DNA of 64,000 nt, taken from contig CM120641.1 of the NCBI GenBank assembly GCA_051362555.1, positions 46,072,401-46,136,400 of the forward strand, read 5' to 3'. Below the pieces are notes generated by a model. That model saw only the letters and a list, made by a program, of their open reading frames with translations, made no database searches and had not been told where the DNA came from. Numbering within the stretch: position 1 is the first letter of the stretch; every line of letters starts with the position of its first letter. Origin of the DNA: Lingula anatina. Taxonomy: Eukaryota > Animalia > Brachiopoda. Below are positions 26,388-38,800 of the stretch, one piece after another. A program made the translations under genes and the position numbers.

Positions 26388-29300
26388 TCAAAACATTCTT
26401 CTTTTTAACTTTCTTTTAAACTTTTTTTGTAATCTCTTCTTGACATCTCTTTGGAATACCATCAGCAGGTCGCCCTTCCCAAGCATGGTTGCGTCCTCTG
26501 TCAAGAGGGCAGTGTTGTTGGTCATCACAAAAATTCTTGATCCCGATTTCAGAATTGCCCCACTAGCACACTCGTTATCCAGCACTATGTTAGCCTTGGA
26601 CTTGCAACATGTGCCATTACGAAAAATTGCAGCATGCTTATAGTGATAGTCACTGGATGTGTTGTTTGGCACACGTCTGCTGTCTCTAATTCTGGTTAAA
26701 GAAAACATGGTTGAGTTCTGCTGTGTGACTCTTAGAGCAACCTTGGCATCCAGCACTGTAAAATAAGTAATATTTTTTTGTTATTGTTGTGCATAAAGGT
26801 CACCACAATTACGAGAAATATTGAGTTTAGAGCAAAAGTTCTTAAGCTGCTGTCATTGGACATTATGGGGAAAGTTTCAGATGACAGCCACCAAAATCCA
26901 TTTTATGTTGTATTTCATCTTCAAAAATGGTATCTAACAGGTACTGGTATTTAAAATGGTAATTATTATTAATGAGTGCTTTCCATATGGGGTCTTATTT
27001 GCATATGATTTCTTCAATCAATCACTTCTTTAATAAGTCAACAGGGCAAATGGTCTTAATTTTCTCAAATAAGTCAATTAATCATAATTGTGGTTTGACT
27101 CTCACAGGCCAGTGTTCCCAATCAACTGAATGCCATTAAATCTTGAAGGTACTACATATATGAAGCCAGAGTAAATCCCCATTTATTTATTTTAATATTT
27201 AGTACCAGTTTTTTGCACAGCACAGATAAAATTCACAAGCCAAAAAGTTGTCATGAGTGAAAGAAAATGATTTAAAACTGCACCTTCTTCAAACTTCTGG
27301 TGTTTTCAGGAAATAATGTAAAGGACCTCAATCTGTGGTATTTCTTTCTGTTATTTTTTAGCTATATGGTGGCATTTAGCAAGGTTTCACAGCAATTATT
27401 TGACATGAACACTCTCTTAAAATGCATATTAACATAAAAAATACTGATCAATTTAGTCCATCAGTTAATATAAGAAACTACAGACTGGAAACATTCTCAT
27501 ATACACTCATGTGGGCAAAAAAAAATCTTACCAATGGAATATGTCATAGCCAGTCTGTCAAAGTCTGCACTGTCTCTATGGTAATTCTTACAGAAGTGGA
27601 GTTGACTTTGTGTGCTTTCAGATCCACTAACAGTCACACACACAGGGCAGGAAGGGGGCCTGGGTGATCTTAGCTCACTTTTTTGGCCATTGCATCTGGA
27701 ATAAGAAAATAGAAACTGCTAGTGCAATTATCCTAGGCAAAATGAACTACTGGTAGTAGGCAATCAAGTAAAGATTAAATGGACTTTGATTGCTCATTGT
27801 GGCTAAATTGAAATCAATTTTTAATGTATTGATAACTGTTAACAATTTTTTGCCTAGTGTCAGACATGGTCAGGGAACTGTTAGTATGACAACAGCTCTT
27901 TGCGGAGTCCATCTTTTCCAAACAAAGTATTGGAACAACTACAGAAATGGTAATGCACTATTTGTATTGTATCGTCATTAATATATCATATTGTACAAGG
28001 TCATGACAATCTATGTACCAGTACAGAAATAAATTGAATTGAATTGAACTTAAAAAGTTTTTGATGAATCAATATGTCAGTAAATGTGAACAAAATTAAT
28101 TTTTTAAGGTAAGGTGAAATAAGTTTTGTGACTGATCAGATTTATAAATGAAAACAGATCTTTGAGGAACAGAAACACAGTCAAAATTTATTTCAACAAA
28201 TAAGTTCCTGCAACTGTTTGTCCCACTTCTTCTAAAACTGCTCTAGCTACAATATTTTTTATTTCTAAAAAATCTAATCTCTACAATTATGCACAAACAT
28301 ACCCTTTCATACTTAATATTAAATCATGTTTATCACAAGTGCTTTATTTCACCTTTTTTTTCACTTATAACTGAATGATATCATTTAAACTTACTTATGT
28401 GTATGTTTTTGGCCCTTATGTATCTTAAAAGCACAGCAAAGATCGTTTTCAGGGTCGATGGCCCTTGTTCCACAACAACCCAGTCCAGCAGTGTAAAGAA
28501 CCCCCCGACAACATGTAGCATTGTCAGGGTGGAAGCAATCCTTGCCACAGGGGAGGTATGATTTAGGCACAATTTTTCCATTGCAGCATTTATGTGTCTC
28601 AAAGTTATATGTGTCATAAACACCTGCAAAAAGAGTTTCATTTAACATAATTATAGAAAAAGAAATAGAAATAGAAAAAAAATTCTAATTCAGTTAAGTC
28701 CTCAATAGCCCCTAATAAGTTGTAAATAGCAATTAAAAATACAGGTGAAACTACTGGGTGTAAATAAACACTTATATTTCCTACATCTGGAGCCCTCCTC
28801 CCACCCCACCCCACCCCTACACCACACCATTCCACCCCCCACACCACCCCACCCCACCCCTACACCACCCCATTCCTCCCCCCACACCACCCCACACCAC
28901 CCCTACACCACCCCCACACCACCCCACACCACCCCACACCACCCCACACCACACCATTCCACCCCCTACACCACCCCCACACCACCCCACACCACCCCTA
29001 CACCACCCCCACACCACCCCACACCACCCCACACCACCCCACACCACACCATTCCACCCCCACACCACCCCACACCATCCCTACACCACCCCCACACCAC
29101 CCCACACCACCCCACACCACCCCTACACCACCCCATTCCACCCCCACCCCACCCCTACACCACCCCATTCAACCCCCCACACACCACCTCACCCCACCCC
29201 TACACCACCCCATTCCACCCCCCACACCACCCCATTCCACCCCCCACACCACCCCACCCCCACCCACACCCCCTTATCTCATACTTACCATCGCAACATT

Positions 29301-30401
29301 TATAGCTAGCATTAGGTTTTGGCAAGACTTTAATTCCACAGCAGAGTTGTTTGACTGGATCAAAACACTCCCCGTAGTAGTAGTCGCCCCTTAGTTGCTG
29401 TGTTTTACAGTGGTCCTGGTGGTATTTCAGATAACACTCCACAGGGGATTTCAGGTGTCTTGATGCTGCTCCTAAAATTTGAAATAAAATCACTCATTAA
29501 AATACTAGTAAACTAGCCCAGCAGATAGTGTTTAAGATCAAATGTGAAAAAAAAGTAACTTAAAAGGAAAAAAAGGAATGTTTAAAACAGTTTGTTTGTT
29601 TGTCTTTGAAAGACAAGATCCAACTAAGAATTATATTTTTAACTACTGCAGGTCCGTAGCCAGCAATTTCAGAGGGGGGTTCGTTTTCTGAAAAAGTGGA
29701 CCTTTTACCATAAAATCCTCAAGTACATGGATCAAATTTTACCCAGAGTGGACCTTTTCCCAGCAAAAAGGGTGGTTCTTTCGAACCCCCGGAACTCCCC
29801 CTGGCTACGGGCCTGTATATACTGCCACCATATAGTACATGTACTGTGCATGTCTGCATAACAGCAGCAGTTACCACACACACGAGAAATAAATCATGAT
29901 AATAATTTGTATCAATTAAAATGAAACCTAGCAAATGCGAAGAACTTTTAAGGCAACTTAATTAAGTTAATCGTAACAGTTACAGTTGAGTTACAATATC
30001 ATTACAGTTGCGCTCAAAAAGAACACTCCACATTGTTATCTGTTTGTTACCTTTTGTTATCAAAAGTGACTCTCTTGTTAACGTTACTTCTGAACTCAAC
30101 TGTAAATCTCAGCTGAGTGTTGTCATTGTTTACAGTGTAACAGGATCTAGTATACTACCCAGTACATGGATCTGGACTTTTCTTGGAAGAACTACGTCAG
30201 CATAATTCATGAAAATAAGATAACTTGATATGTGTACACCTGCTGGGGTTGACAACAGATAACACATGGTAAGTCAACTATTTTCAAAGAATTTTTAATC
30301 GTATTAAATACATACTTCATTCGATTCTTACCTAGCAAAATATCTGTAAGGGCAATCAGTAGATGATACAAAAAAATCCTTGAATAAAGTACTGAGAACA
30401 T
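26388..30401 (-). CDS. Short galaxin-like secreted protein with C-terminal NTR-like domain (gene C, 5 coding exons, ~337 aa)
   Basis: Exons 30401-30332, 29471-29289, 28623-28395, 27695-27532, 26755-26388; 1014 nt. Signal MFSVLYSRIFLYHLLIALTDILLG, CC repeats, then SCPVC..QLHFCK..SIVLDAKV..NEC..ILKSGSRIFVMT and a basic tail KKRLQKKFKRKLKRR. Confidence 0.85.
28800..29272. repeat. Low-complexity (CCACACCAC/CCCCA)-type tandem repeat in intron 2 of gene C
   Basis: About 470 bp almost entirely C/A on the + strand (G/T-rich on the sense strand of gene C). Confidence 0.95.
29649..29815. mobile_element. CAGG-terminated MITE; inverted sister copy at 49825-49991
   Basis: TIR caggtccgtagccag ... ctggctacgggcctg; internal ttttctgaaaaagtggacctttt shared (reverse complement) with the second copy. 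Confidence 0.8.
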
Positions 30402-30881
30402 GATAAAGCTCTCAGTAACTCTTACACTGGTACCTGTGACACTACTGTGTATATATATATAAGACATACCCTTCTTTAGTGGGACCTAGCTATATATATA
30501 CTATAAGCTATAAGTATATGTACGTGAGTCAGTGGGAGTGTTTTGGGGAAAATTTTCTCACCAGGCAGTAGGTGAGAGTGTGAAAAAAATTTTGTTTTAC
30601 CCCGCTACTTCCAATATTTGAAGACTTCTTGTTTCAAAACAGCATTTGAAGTGTATGGTTATTCCCATTAGGATTAGTAGTTGATACACTGTAGGTTTAT
30701 TTCTTTGTCATCAGTTAACTTCACTCTCTGTCTCAGTTTAACATTTTAAAAGGTCTGAAAATACTACATGTACTACATGTTAATTGGTCAAAGATTTTTC
30801 TTCGTATAACCACTTTGGTTTTTAGAGCTCCCACCTGTCATTATCTTCTTTTATTGTTAAGTATACAGCATGTATATATAA

Positions 30882-30917
<36 letters not shown>

Positions 30918-31287
30918 AATGGGTGTGGGTTTTTGGGGGAAATATGTTTCACAGTGGATGAGTGTGTGAAAAAGTTTCTGTTTTTGATAACATCTTCCAA
31001 TATTTAGGACTTCCTGTTTCAAGACTGCATTTAGTGTGAATTTAACTCTCTACTCCCATTGTTTAAAAAAAATCCCCAGTGATCATAAAAAGATGACCAA
31101 AAGCATATAACCATAACAGTATACTAGCATTAAACTTAATGGTCAGTAACCAAGCTGTTGATAGATATCAAGCTCTGTATGTGTCATTAGTGAACTCCAC
31201 TTTCTGTGCTAATTATATATTCAACAATAAATAAAAAAGGTACAAAAAGCATTTTCTGTAGTTTATATATATATATATATATTACAA

Positions 31288-31325
<38 letters not shown>

Positions 31326-31357
31326 CAAAAAGTTTGTGCTTTTTGGTCGGGAACTGG

Positions 31358-31505
31358 CATGGGCGTCTGCAGGGGGGGCGTGAATGGGGTCACTTGACCC
31401 CCCCTGGAATTTTGGCAGCACATTAATTGCGGGTACCCAGCCAATCATTATCTCCCCTTTCAATGACTTTGACCCCCCCTAGATAATTTTCTTCAGACGC
31501 CCATG
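31358..31505. mobile_element. hAT-like MITE with perfect 8-bp TSD
   Basis: GGAACTGG|catgggcgtctg ... cagacgcccatg|GGAACTGG. Confidence 0.85.
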
Positions 31506-33979
31506 GGAACTGGGTATATACATGTATACAATTTTCAAAAATTGCATGCAGGCACCCTTAGGCCTGCATCTTTATAACATAAATATGTTATTTATTGTCC
31601 ACTTTTATTAAATGCAAACCCCTCATGATATGAATTTACTTTAGTTTAAATCCAATAGTCAATTTATCTGTTATAAAATCAATTAACAAAAATCAAGATG
31701 GAAAATCAATTAATGTACATCGTATTATGTTACAATAATGCTTGCTGCATATTAGATGAAATAACGTAATCATAATTAAACTTAATTTGTGGGGTTGCAA
31801 TTATAAGAAACTCTAAAAAATTTAATATATCAGGCCGAATCTGTGGTCCTGGAGAATTAATATACGTTACATTGTAATTTTTTATAGCTCGCCTTTAAAG
31901 ACACACCAAACAATTGTTTGATTATGATAAGCTTCAGAATCAGGGCATATGTTGGCTAAAGATCAAATAGTTAATTTGAAAACTATTAATCAATACGTTA
32001 AGCAGGCAAAGTGAAACCTATTTCGTAACTTGATAGGTTACACATATAGTATAGACAATGTAGAGAGTAGCATGATCATATATCACCTGACATATCCTTA
32101 AAGTCCAATTGAGTTTAATACGGCAGACATGAAAAAATTGGACAGAGCATATAAGCACAGCGGTAAGGTAACTTGTCACACCGACTACAAGTTAACATGT
32201 ATATAAACACTTGTCACAATGGTATTTATACTGAAGTGGTACTTGTAGGTCGCACTAAAATATAAAAATACCACAGTTGAAAGGGTCAGCTGTGAAGAAC
32301 TGCAAGCAAATTAACTGGTAGCAGCAAACAGGTTGGTTATAGCTTATGTCATATATAGGCCAAGGAGGATAATGGTATTAATATCAAACACGTAGGTTAA
32401 TTACAGCAGATTGTGAATACAGATTCAGGTAGGTGCTGCTCAGAAATCTGTCATCCATTAGAAATTGTATACTGATAGGCATTTTGTTTTACTAAAGTAT
32501 ATGTTTTGTGCTGCCATAAATATATTTTAAACATGTCAACATCACACCTTACATACATGTATAATTGGTTGGTCTCCTGACACATTATGCGTCCCTAGAT
32601 ACTGTACATACTAGTATGTACTGGAGTAGTGAATTTTTAGGCATATGAGATTTCTGATGTGGGGCACAAAATGTTGATGATTATAAAACCCATAGGAGTA
32701 TATATGTCTTTTAAGAAAAGTGCATTTAGATATTTACGATAGATTTAATACTTGTTTAATCAAGAACCCACCTGCAGCATTTTTTATTTGTGAAAAACTT
32801 GGGCCTTACACTCCGTTTTTTTTTTTTTTTTTTTTTTTAAATCAAGACCTCTGTCTTTGATATAGGGTTTGAACATGCAGTTTTGAAGTCAACCAGGCAA
32901 CATGATAAGCTGGTATGAGATAAGACTCACAGGGAGCAGGCACCAGTACTTACCCGTAGCCCTGTGACAGAGACTTGTTACATGTATCAATACCACAGCA
33001 CAGACTAAGCCAAAGCATGTCCACTTCATTTTTATTCTTTCTTTAGTCCAGGTATTCCTCTTCTAATTTTTATTCCTGATTGGTTTTAAACGGCTTCCAG
33101 TTGTAACTCCTCAAATGCTTCTTTTTTACTTGATCGATTTTAACAGCTTTCAGGCTTAAATTCAGAATAAGTTGAATTTGAGAAAATAAATCAAATTATG
33201 TATGACTAGCAGGTTTAAATATCCTTTCCTGACTTTCTGAGATCTTAACATCAATAAAAAGTTTGAGCATCAATGAAGTGCCTTTATAGAAAAAATTGGG
33301 AATTTGGCTATTATACTTCATTTAAATTTGGCAAATTTGTAATGAGATAAATTAAGACAAGGTAAAACCTGGTTCTCAGCACCTGACATCCTGTTGGTTA
33401 CACCCCTGAGTTTAAATGCTCAAGGTTGAGTTAAATTTAATTGTCATAATAAGTAAATATGTAAAATGTGATTTTAAAGATGTTATCTTTACCTGGAAGT
33501 GGTCAATTTTTTAAATTAGAAACATAAAAAAAGATATAATACATGTACCCAGCACTGCATGACAATTATAGGTGCAGGGGATTTCTATCAAATTTTCACA
33601 GCAGCTTAATAAGCTACAATTTTCCAGCAAGGCCATAGAAAATCCCATTGCTTTTATGTCAAAAATCAATTACTGATAAACATACCTCGATACATCATGC
33701 AAGAGTTCTTATATCTAGATGAAGGAAACAATTATAAAATCTAAAGGGTATTGATAATTAAATAAAAATACAATTGGAATTTCAGAGAAACAATATGTTT
33801 ACTTATGATGGAAGACAAATAAGAAGGCAAATATTAAAAAAAATAACATTGTTGTGAAATACAGGAAATAGGTAATTCTAATTAGTCATAGGGGAATTCC
33901 CCTTATGAATTCCCATACTCGAAATTACTGTTTCATATGATCTTTTGATAAGGGTTAATTGCTTTCCAATAAAATATAT

Positions 33980-34297
33980 CAGTGGCAGATTTGGGGGGGG
34001 GGGGGGGGGGGGGGGCAGGTGATCCCCCCCCCCTCCACCATTTCTGAATAAAATCACACCAATGGTCCCCTCTTAAAATTAGAATCTTGACTAGCTGAAT
34101 CATAGTTCTTTTAAGAACTACGTTTAAAAACTTACCAAATAGTACTGTTCGCTCTTTTAAGTACCAAAATTTTTCAGGGGCCTTCAGCGAGTTCAAACCT
34201 CACAACAAGGGGGGTGGGTTGAGGGTTGGCTTCTAATCCTCGTCATGTCATTCCTAAAATCCTGACCCCCCTTCCATTAATCCTGAATCTGCCCCTG
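33980..34297. mobile_element. CAG-terminated MITE with 5-bp TSD
   Basis: TATAT|cagtggcagatt ... aatctgcccctg|TATAT; internal gactagctgaatcatagtt shared with the truncated copy starting at 57949. Confidence 0.7.
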
Positions 34298-35830
34298 TAT
34301 ATTATGGTTAAAGCAGAGAAAGTAATGTGGCATGTCAGAATTATGCAAATATTTCAAGAAATGTGTTTATCACTGACAAGAAGCAAATATTCACTTTTTT
34401 GTTGAATCCAATTAAAACACAAGAAGATGAGGGATATCACTGCAGCCCTAAAACTTCCCTCTGGGGGGGGGGGGGGGGAGGGAGTTAACAGGGAAGGGGA
34501 AGTGTTAACAGGCTATGATGTTTCATGTTTTACATTCAACTACAAATCCACCCCCAATACCCATTTGATTTTTATAGATTTCCTCATTCATTCTGTTGTT
34601 ATTCAAACACAAAATATGTGCATGTTGAGAACGATGGTTTTAAACCGCAAAAGCCCATTGCTCATTATTAATCTTATAATTCGGCGTTTACAACAAAAAT
34701 GAGTGGATTTTAAAAAGCCTTTATTTAGCACATTAGCTGTGATACGTATAAACAAATCAGATGAAATTATTTTAAGATAATTTATAAATATCTACAAACT
34801 TTGCATTCATCACTGGCTTTTTATTTATTTCTTTTTTCAGCATAAATACACTATATATATTTTGAATTCCACCAGCAGATCAAGAACCTGAGGATCCACC
34901 ACCCCACTTTGGAAATTTTTTTTAAATTTTGCGGAGTTTGGGGGATTTTTTGAATTGGGAATTTTTTGAAGTAAATAAATTTTGAGCATATTGCCAGAGT
35001 GATCAGCTTATCAACTTTTTGGGCTGATGAGTTTCTGAGTGCATGAGGGGAAGTGGGCGGAGACAGGTGCACCATTTGATTTTAAATTATACCCATGACA
35101 AGTGGCAGTAAGCACCAATAATGAAAATAAATAGCAATACACTGTACACTGAGCATTAAAAAAATACACAACCAAGAACCTATTACATCTTAGCACAAAA
35201 CAATGAAACATTCACATTGGAATAGATTGGTAATAAATGTGGTAATAAATATGCATACCATAACTACAGTGTATGTACACTTAACAATTAATTTACTTCA
35301 TGAACTTTAAACAAGGTGACAGCAGGAGTTCATTGCACCTCCAGCCAGGTAAGAAAATATGTGAAAACATATCCTTTATATCCAAGACCTGTACATCTCG
35401 ATTTAGTTCATCAATTTTTAATACAGTTTGTTTATATGGCACATGTTGTTTTTATGGCACATGATCTCAATTTTTTAAAACTGATTTGCCAGTATTTAAC
35501 TGTTTATAATCCATTTCTGAACAGAGACAAATAGTATACAAAGAGGAAATGCAACAATATATACATTAAATGACTATGCAATCTTGTACATCCATAAAAT
35601 AAATAAAAATAGTACCTTCTGATGGCAGTGATGCATGCATTTGTGATATGTTCACGTACCAGCATGATATTTTAATAACTAAACAAAATTCCAATTGTAA
35701 TAAAAACAAATAAAACTATGATCTACATGTACAGTACGGCTTCTTGAATTTTTTACGATAAATTATTGATAAAATTCTAATGATTCTAATGATTTTTCAG
35801 TAGACGGTTGCAGAGCTACTGAAACTATAA

Positions 35831-35865
<35 letters not shown>

Positions 35866-35896
35866 TTATAAGAATCTGAGCTACAGTAGTTTTATA

Positions 35897-38800
35897 TTAA
35901 CTATTTATTCTAAACTTGGACCATTTCACTATAAGGTAAGGCTTCCTGAGTACATCACTCTCTTTAAACAAGAAGACCAATCTCCCTGACCTTGTTTTTC
36001 CTGGTTTTTTTAGTAATATTTCTTTGCAAGAACCTGGCAGTCGAAATGCATGTCTTTTTTTTCTTTTGCTCCTCCACTTTTTCCTTCCCCTTATTATTGT
36101 TTTTCCTTTGACAAAACAACTGTTCTCAGTACAGTTAACTCTGCCTTTCACCACTGGAAAAGAAAAAGAATTGATGCAGTTTTAAAAAAAACTTGACTAC
36201 AGGAGCAGATACGTTACATCTAGAATGAAAGGGGTAAATCTTCCTACCCCACCCCCCACCCCTTTGTACATGTAAGTATATATGCCCTGCTGATATCTCA
36301 TTAAAGAATCCCCCTCTGATATTTTAATATATGTACTGCCAATACCACTGACCCGAAGGTTATCTGTATATCAGATGCTTATTTCATGCAGATTGATCTA
36401 CCATGGAAAATAGTTGGAAATGCATTCTAATTAAAGGGATAACAACTCTTCGTATGAGAACTACATTTCACAATAAATACATTGTAAAAAACACACAGAA
36501 CTATTATATATTTTCTGTTTTACCAGTTATAGGATTTGTTCTGAAATGTGCTTGCCTTCAGACCACGTGACCTCCATAGCTGGCTATACTCTATAATAAT
36601 CTCTAAGAGATTATTACAAAAAAGCAAACTTTTTAGAAAAAAAAACAAGGACTAACTTTGAATGTAGAAATGGATTCATTAACTACTGGTAAGTATGGGA
36701 AAAATTGCCGTTTACCCCAGGAAAATTCAGTTTTTGGCCGAAATGAACAGTTGTTATCCTTTAAGCACATTCTTAAACATAAGGAACAATTATTTTTACC
36801 CCTCAATATAGGTCATCCAATCCTTTTTAGACCCTCATTCCACTAAAAATTTCCAAAGCAAGGTTAAAAACATTTGGTAACATATCATTTTGCATAACTG
36901 CACTGGTAGAGTGGAACAAGCTGCCAATTTTCCTAAGACAGATAAAACACAGGAATCTTTTAAAAAGAAATTGCAAACACACATTTTCAAAATGTTTTAT
37001 TCGTGATATTTGTTAATTTTTATCTTAATTTACATTATACAGGCAAAACCATAGATTTTTCATTTTTAAATTACTGGTTATAGAAGTCAAACTTCACATG
37101 CATAAGCGGAGGTTTTCCAAATAAGCCATTCATTTTCACCGACTTCATTTCCAGGTATCACAAGACTCCCACTCCCTTCAAATTGTGTCAAGATGGCTGA
37201 CTACTAAAGATTTTTTTTTTTTGTGATATTGATTAAGGCCATTTATCTGTTGTTTTGTGCTTTAAAAGTTTTAATCAAAAAAAATTATCCTCAGCTAAGT
37301 TCAATAAAATGCGTTTCATGCACTCAAAATGCTTTTTAAATCCTACTTTGTCTAGCTCTAATCAATATATAATTTACCTTGACATCCAGACGATATCAAA
37401 ATGGAATTAAATTTATTTTCAATATAGGGTGGGCAGGGCTCGGGACGTGGAGTCGTGGTTGTTGTAGTGGTGGTCATCGGCAGCCTTATAAAAGATTAAA
37501 ATTAAGTTTACAATGTATTACTACTTGCATTTACATGAATGATCACAGTGGTAAAGAAATTATTCGATCTTTGCTCTTCTAAGAAGGGCTGTGCAGTCAA
37601 TGGAATTTTGTGTGCTTGCTTTTAATTGCATATTTTTTTAGTAATAAGAAAAAAAGGAAATGTCTATTCCTGTTTGTATATATATGAAAACATCAGCCAG
37701 TTATAAGCTAGAGTAATTGCAAATTGTCAGATAAAAATGTTTTTGATTTCCACTTCAAAGTTTAGCAAATGGACCCTTAAATAATTTGATAATAGTATAA
37801 ACATGTTAAAGTGTTTATCTGAAAACATTATTTTGCTTAATTTTATTGCAATTTCACAAATTACTATTGACAAAAAATATCACTGGTAAGGAAATGTAAA
37901 ACAAAAATCAATAAAATATATACATTTTTGGCATTTGTTGAAGTCTGATACCAAATTGGCATGTTAGTTCTGGATCAGAAGAGTTGTACAGTCTAGTACC
38001 ACAGCATTTCATGGCGTCGCTCTTTTTCGCATATTTCACTCCGCGACAACACAGCTCCCTCCTGGTGTCAAACATGTGCCGGCCACACCTCTGTCGGTAA
38101 TTAGGTTGCCCCTGTTGTAGTTGTCGTGGTGGTCTCTTCACAAGAGAGCCAAACTGACACAGGAGCTGTGGATTCGAAGAGTTGAAGGTTTTAGTACCGC
38201 AGCACTTGATGGCAGAGCTTGGTTTGGGGTGGATCATTCCACGGCAACATAGCTGCCCTCTGGTGTCAATAGTTCTGCCACGTCCACACTGTTGTCTATG
38301 AGAGGCCTTAGCTACAAGTCCTTGTTTTTCACAAAGCTGTAAGAATAATGATAATAATATAATTGTATAAGACAGTATTCTATGCCAGTTTTTAATTTAA
38401 TAATATTTAATTAATTTCAAAAGTAGATTTCCACACATATTACATTATATTCCTTAATAAAAAACCTTACAACTGTAATATTTTTATTGTCAAAATTCCC
38501 AGATAACAGAGATATTCAGAGGCAATAGAGAGGTTTAGAAAACTTAATTACGCATGCAATTATGATTATGAATAGAGGAAGAGAACCCATTTTTTTCTAT
38601 TGTATTATGTATGTATTATGTACTTTTGGGCACCATCTGTACTTGCTACAATATTCCCTGATAAAACATGTAGGTCCCAGTATGCAACTTACAGGTTTTA
38701 ATGTGTATTCTTTAATTTTATTTGTTACCTGTAACTTTTGAAATCCATATAATACCCATACAATCACTCAGCAAATCACTAGCTTCCTTGTAATGATTAA

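Noticed and set aside
28638-29305. 186-aa Pro/His/Thr-rich ORF and Gly/Val/Trp antisense ORFs
   Set aside because: Translation of a low-complexity repeat lacking stop codons, inside an intron of gene C.
30207-30331. Extension of gene C exon 1 to the ...VICCQPQQ donor
   Set aside because: Its phase is incompatible with exon 2, whereas the GTAAGA donor at 30331 gives a clean signal peptide in phase 1.
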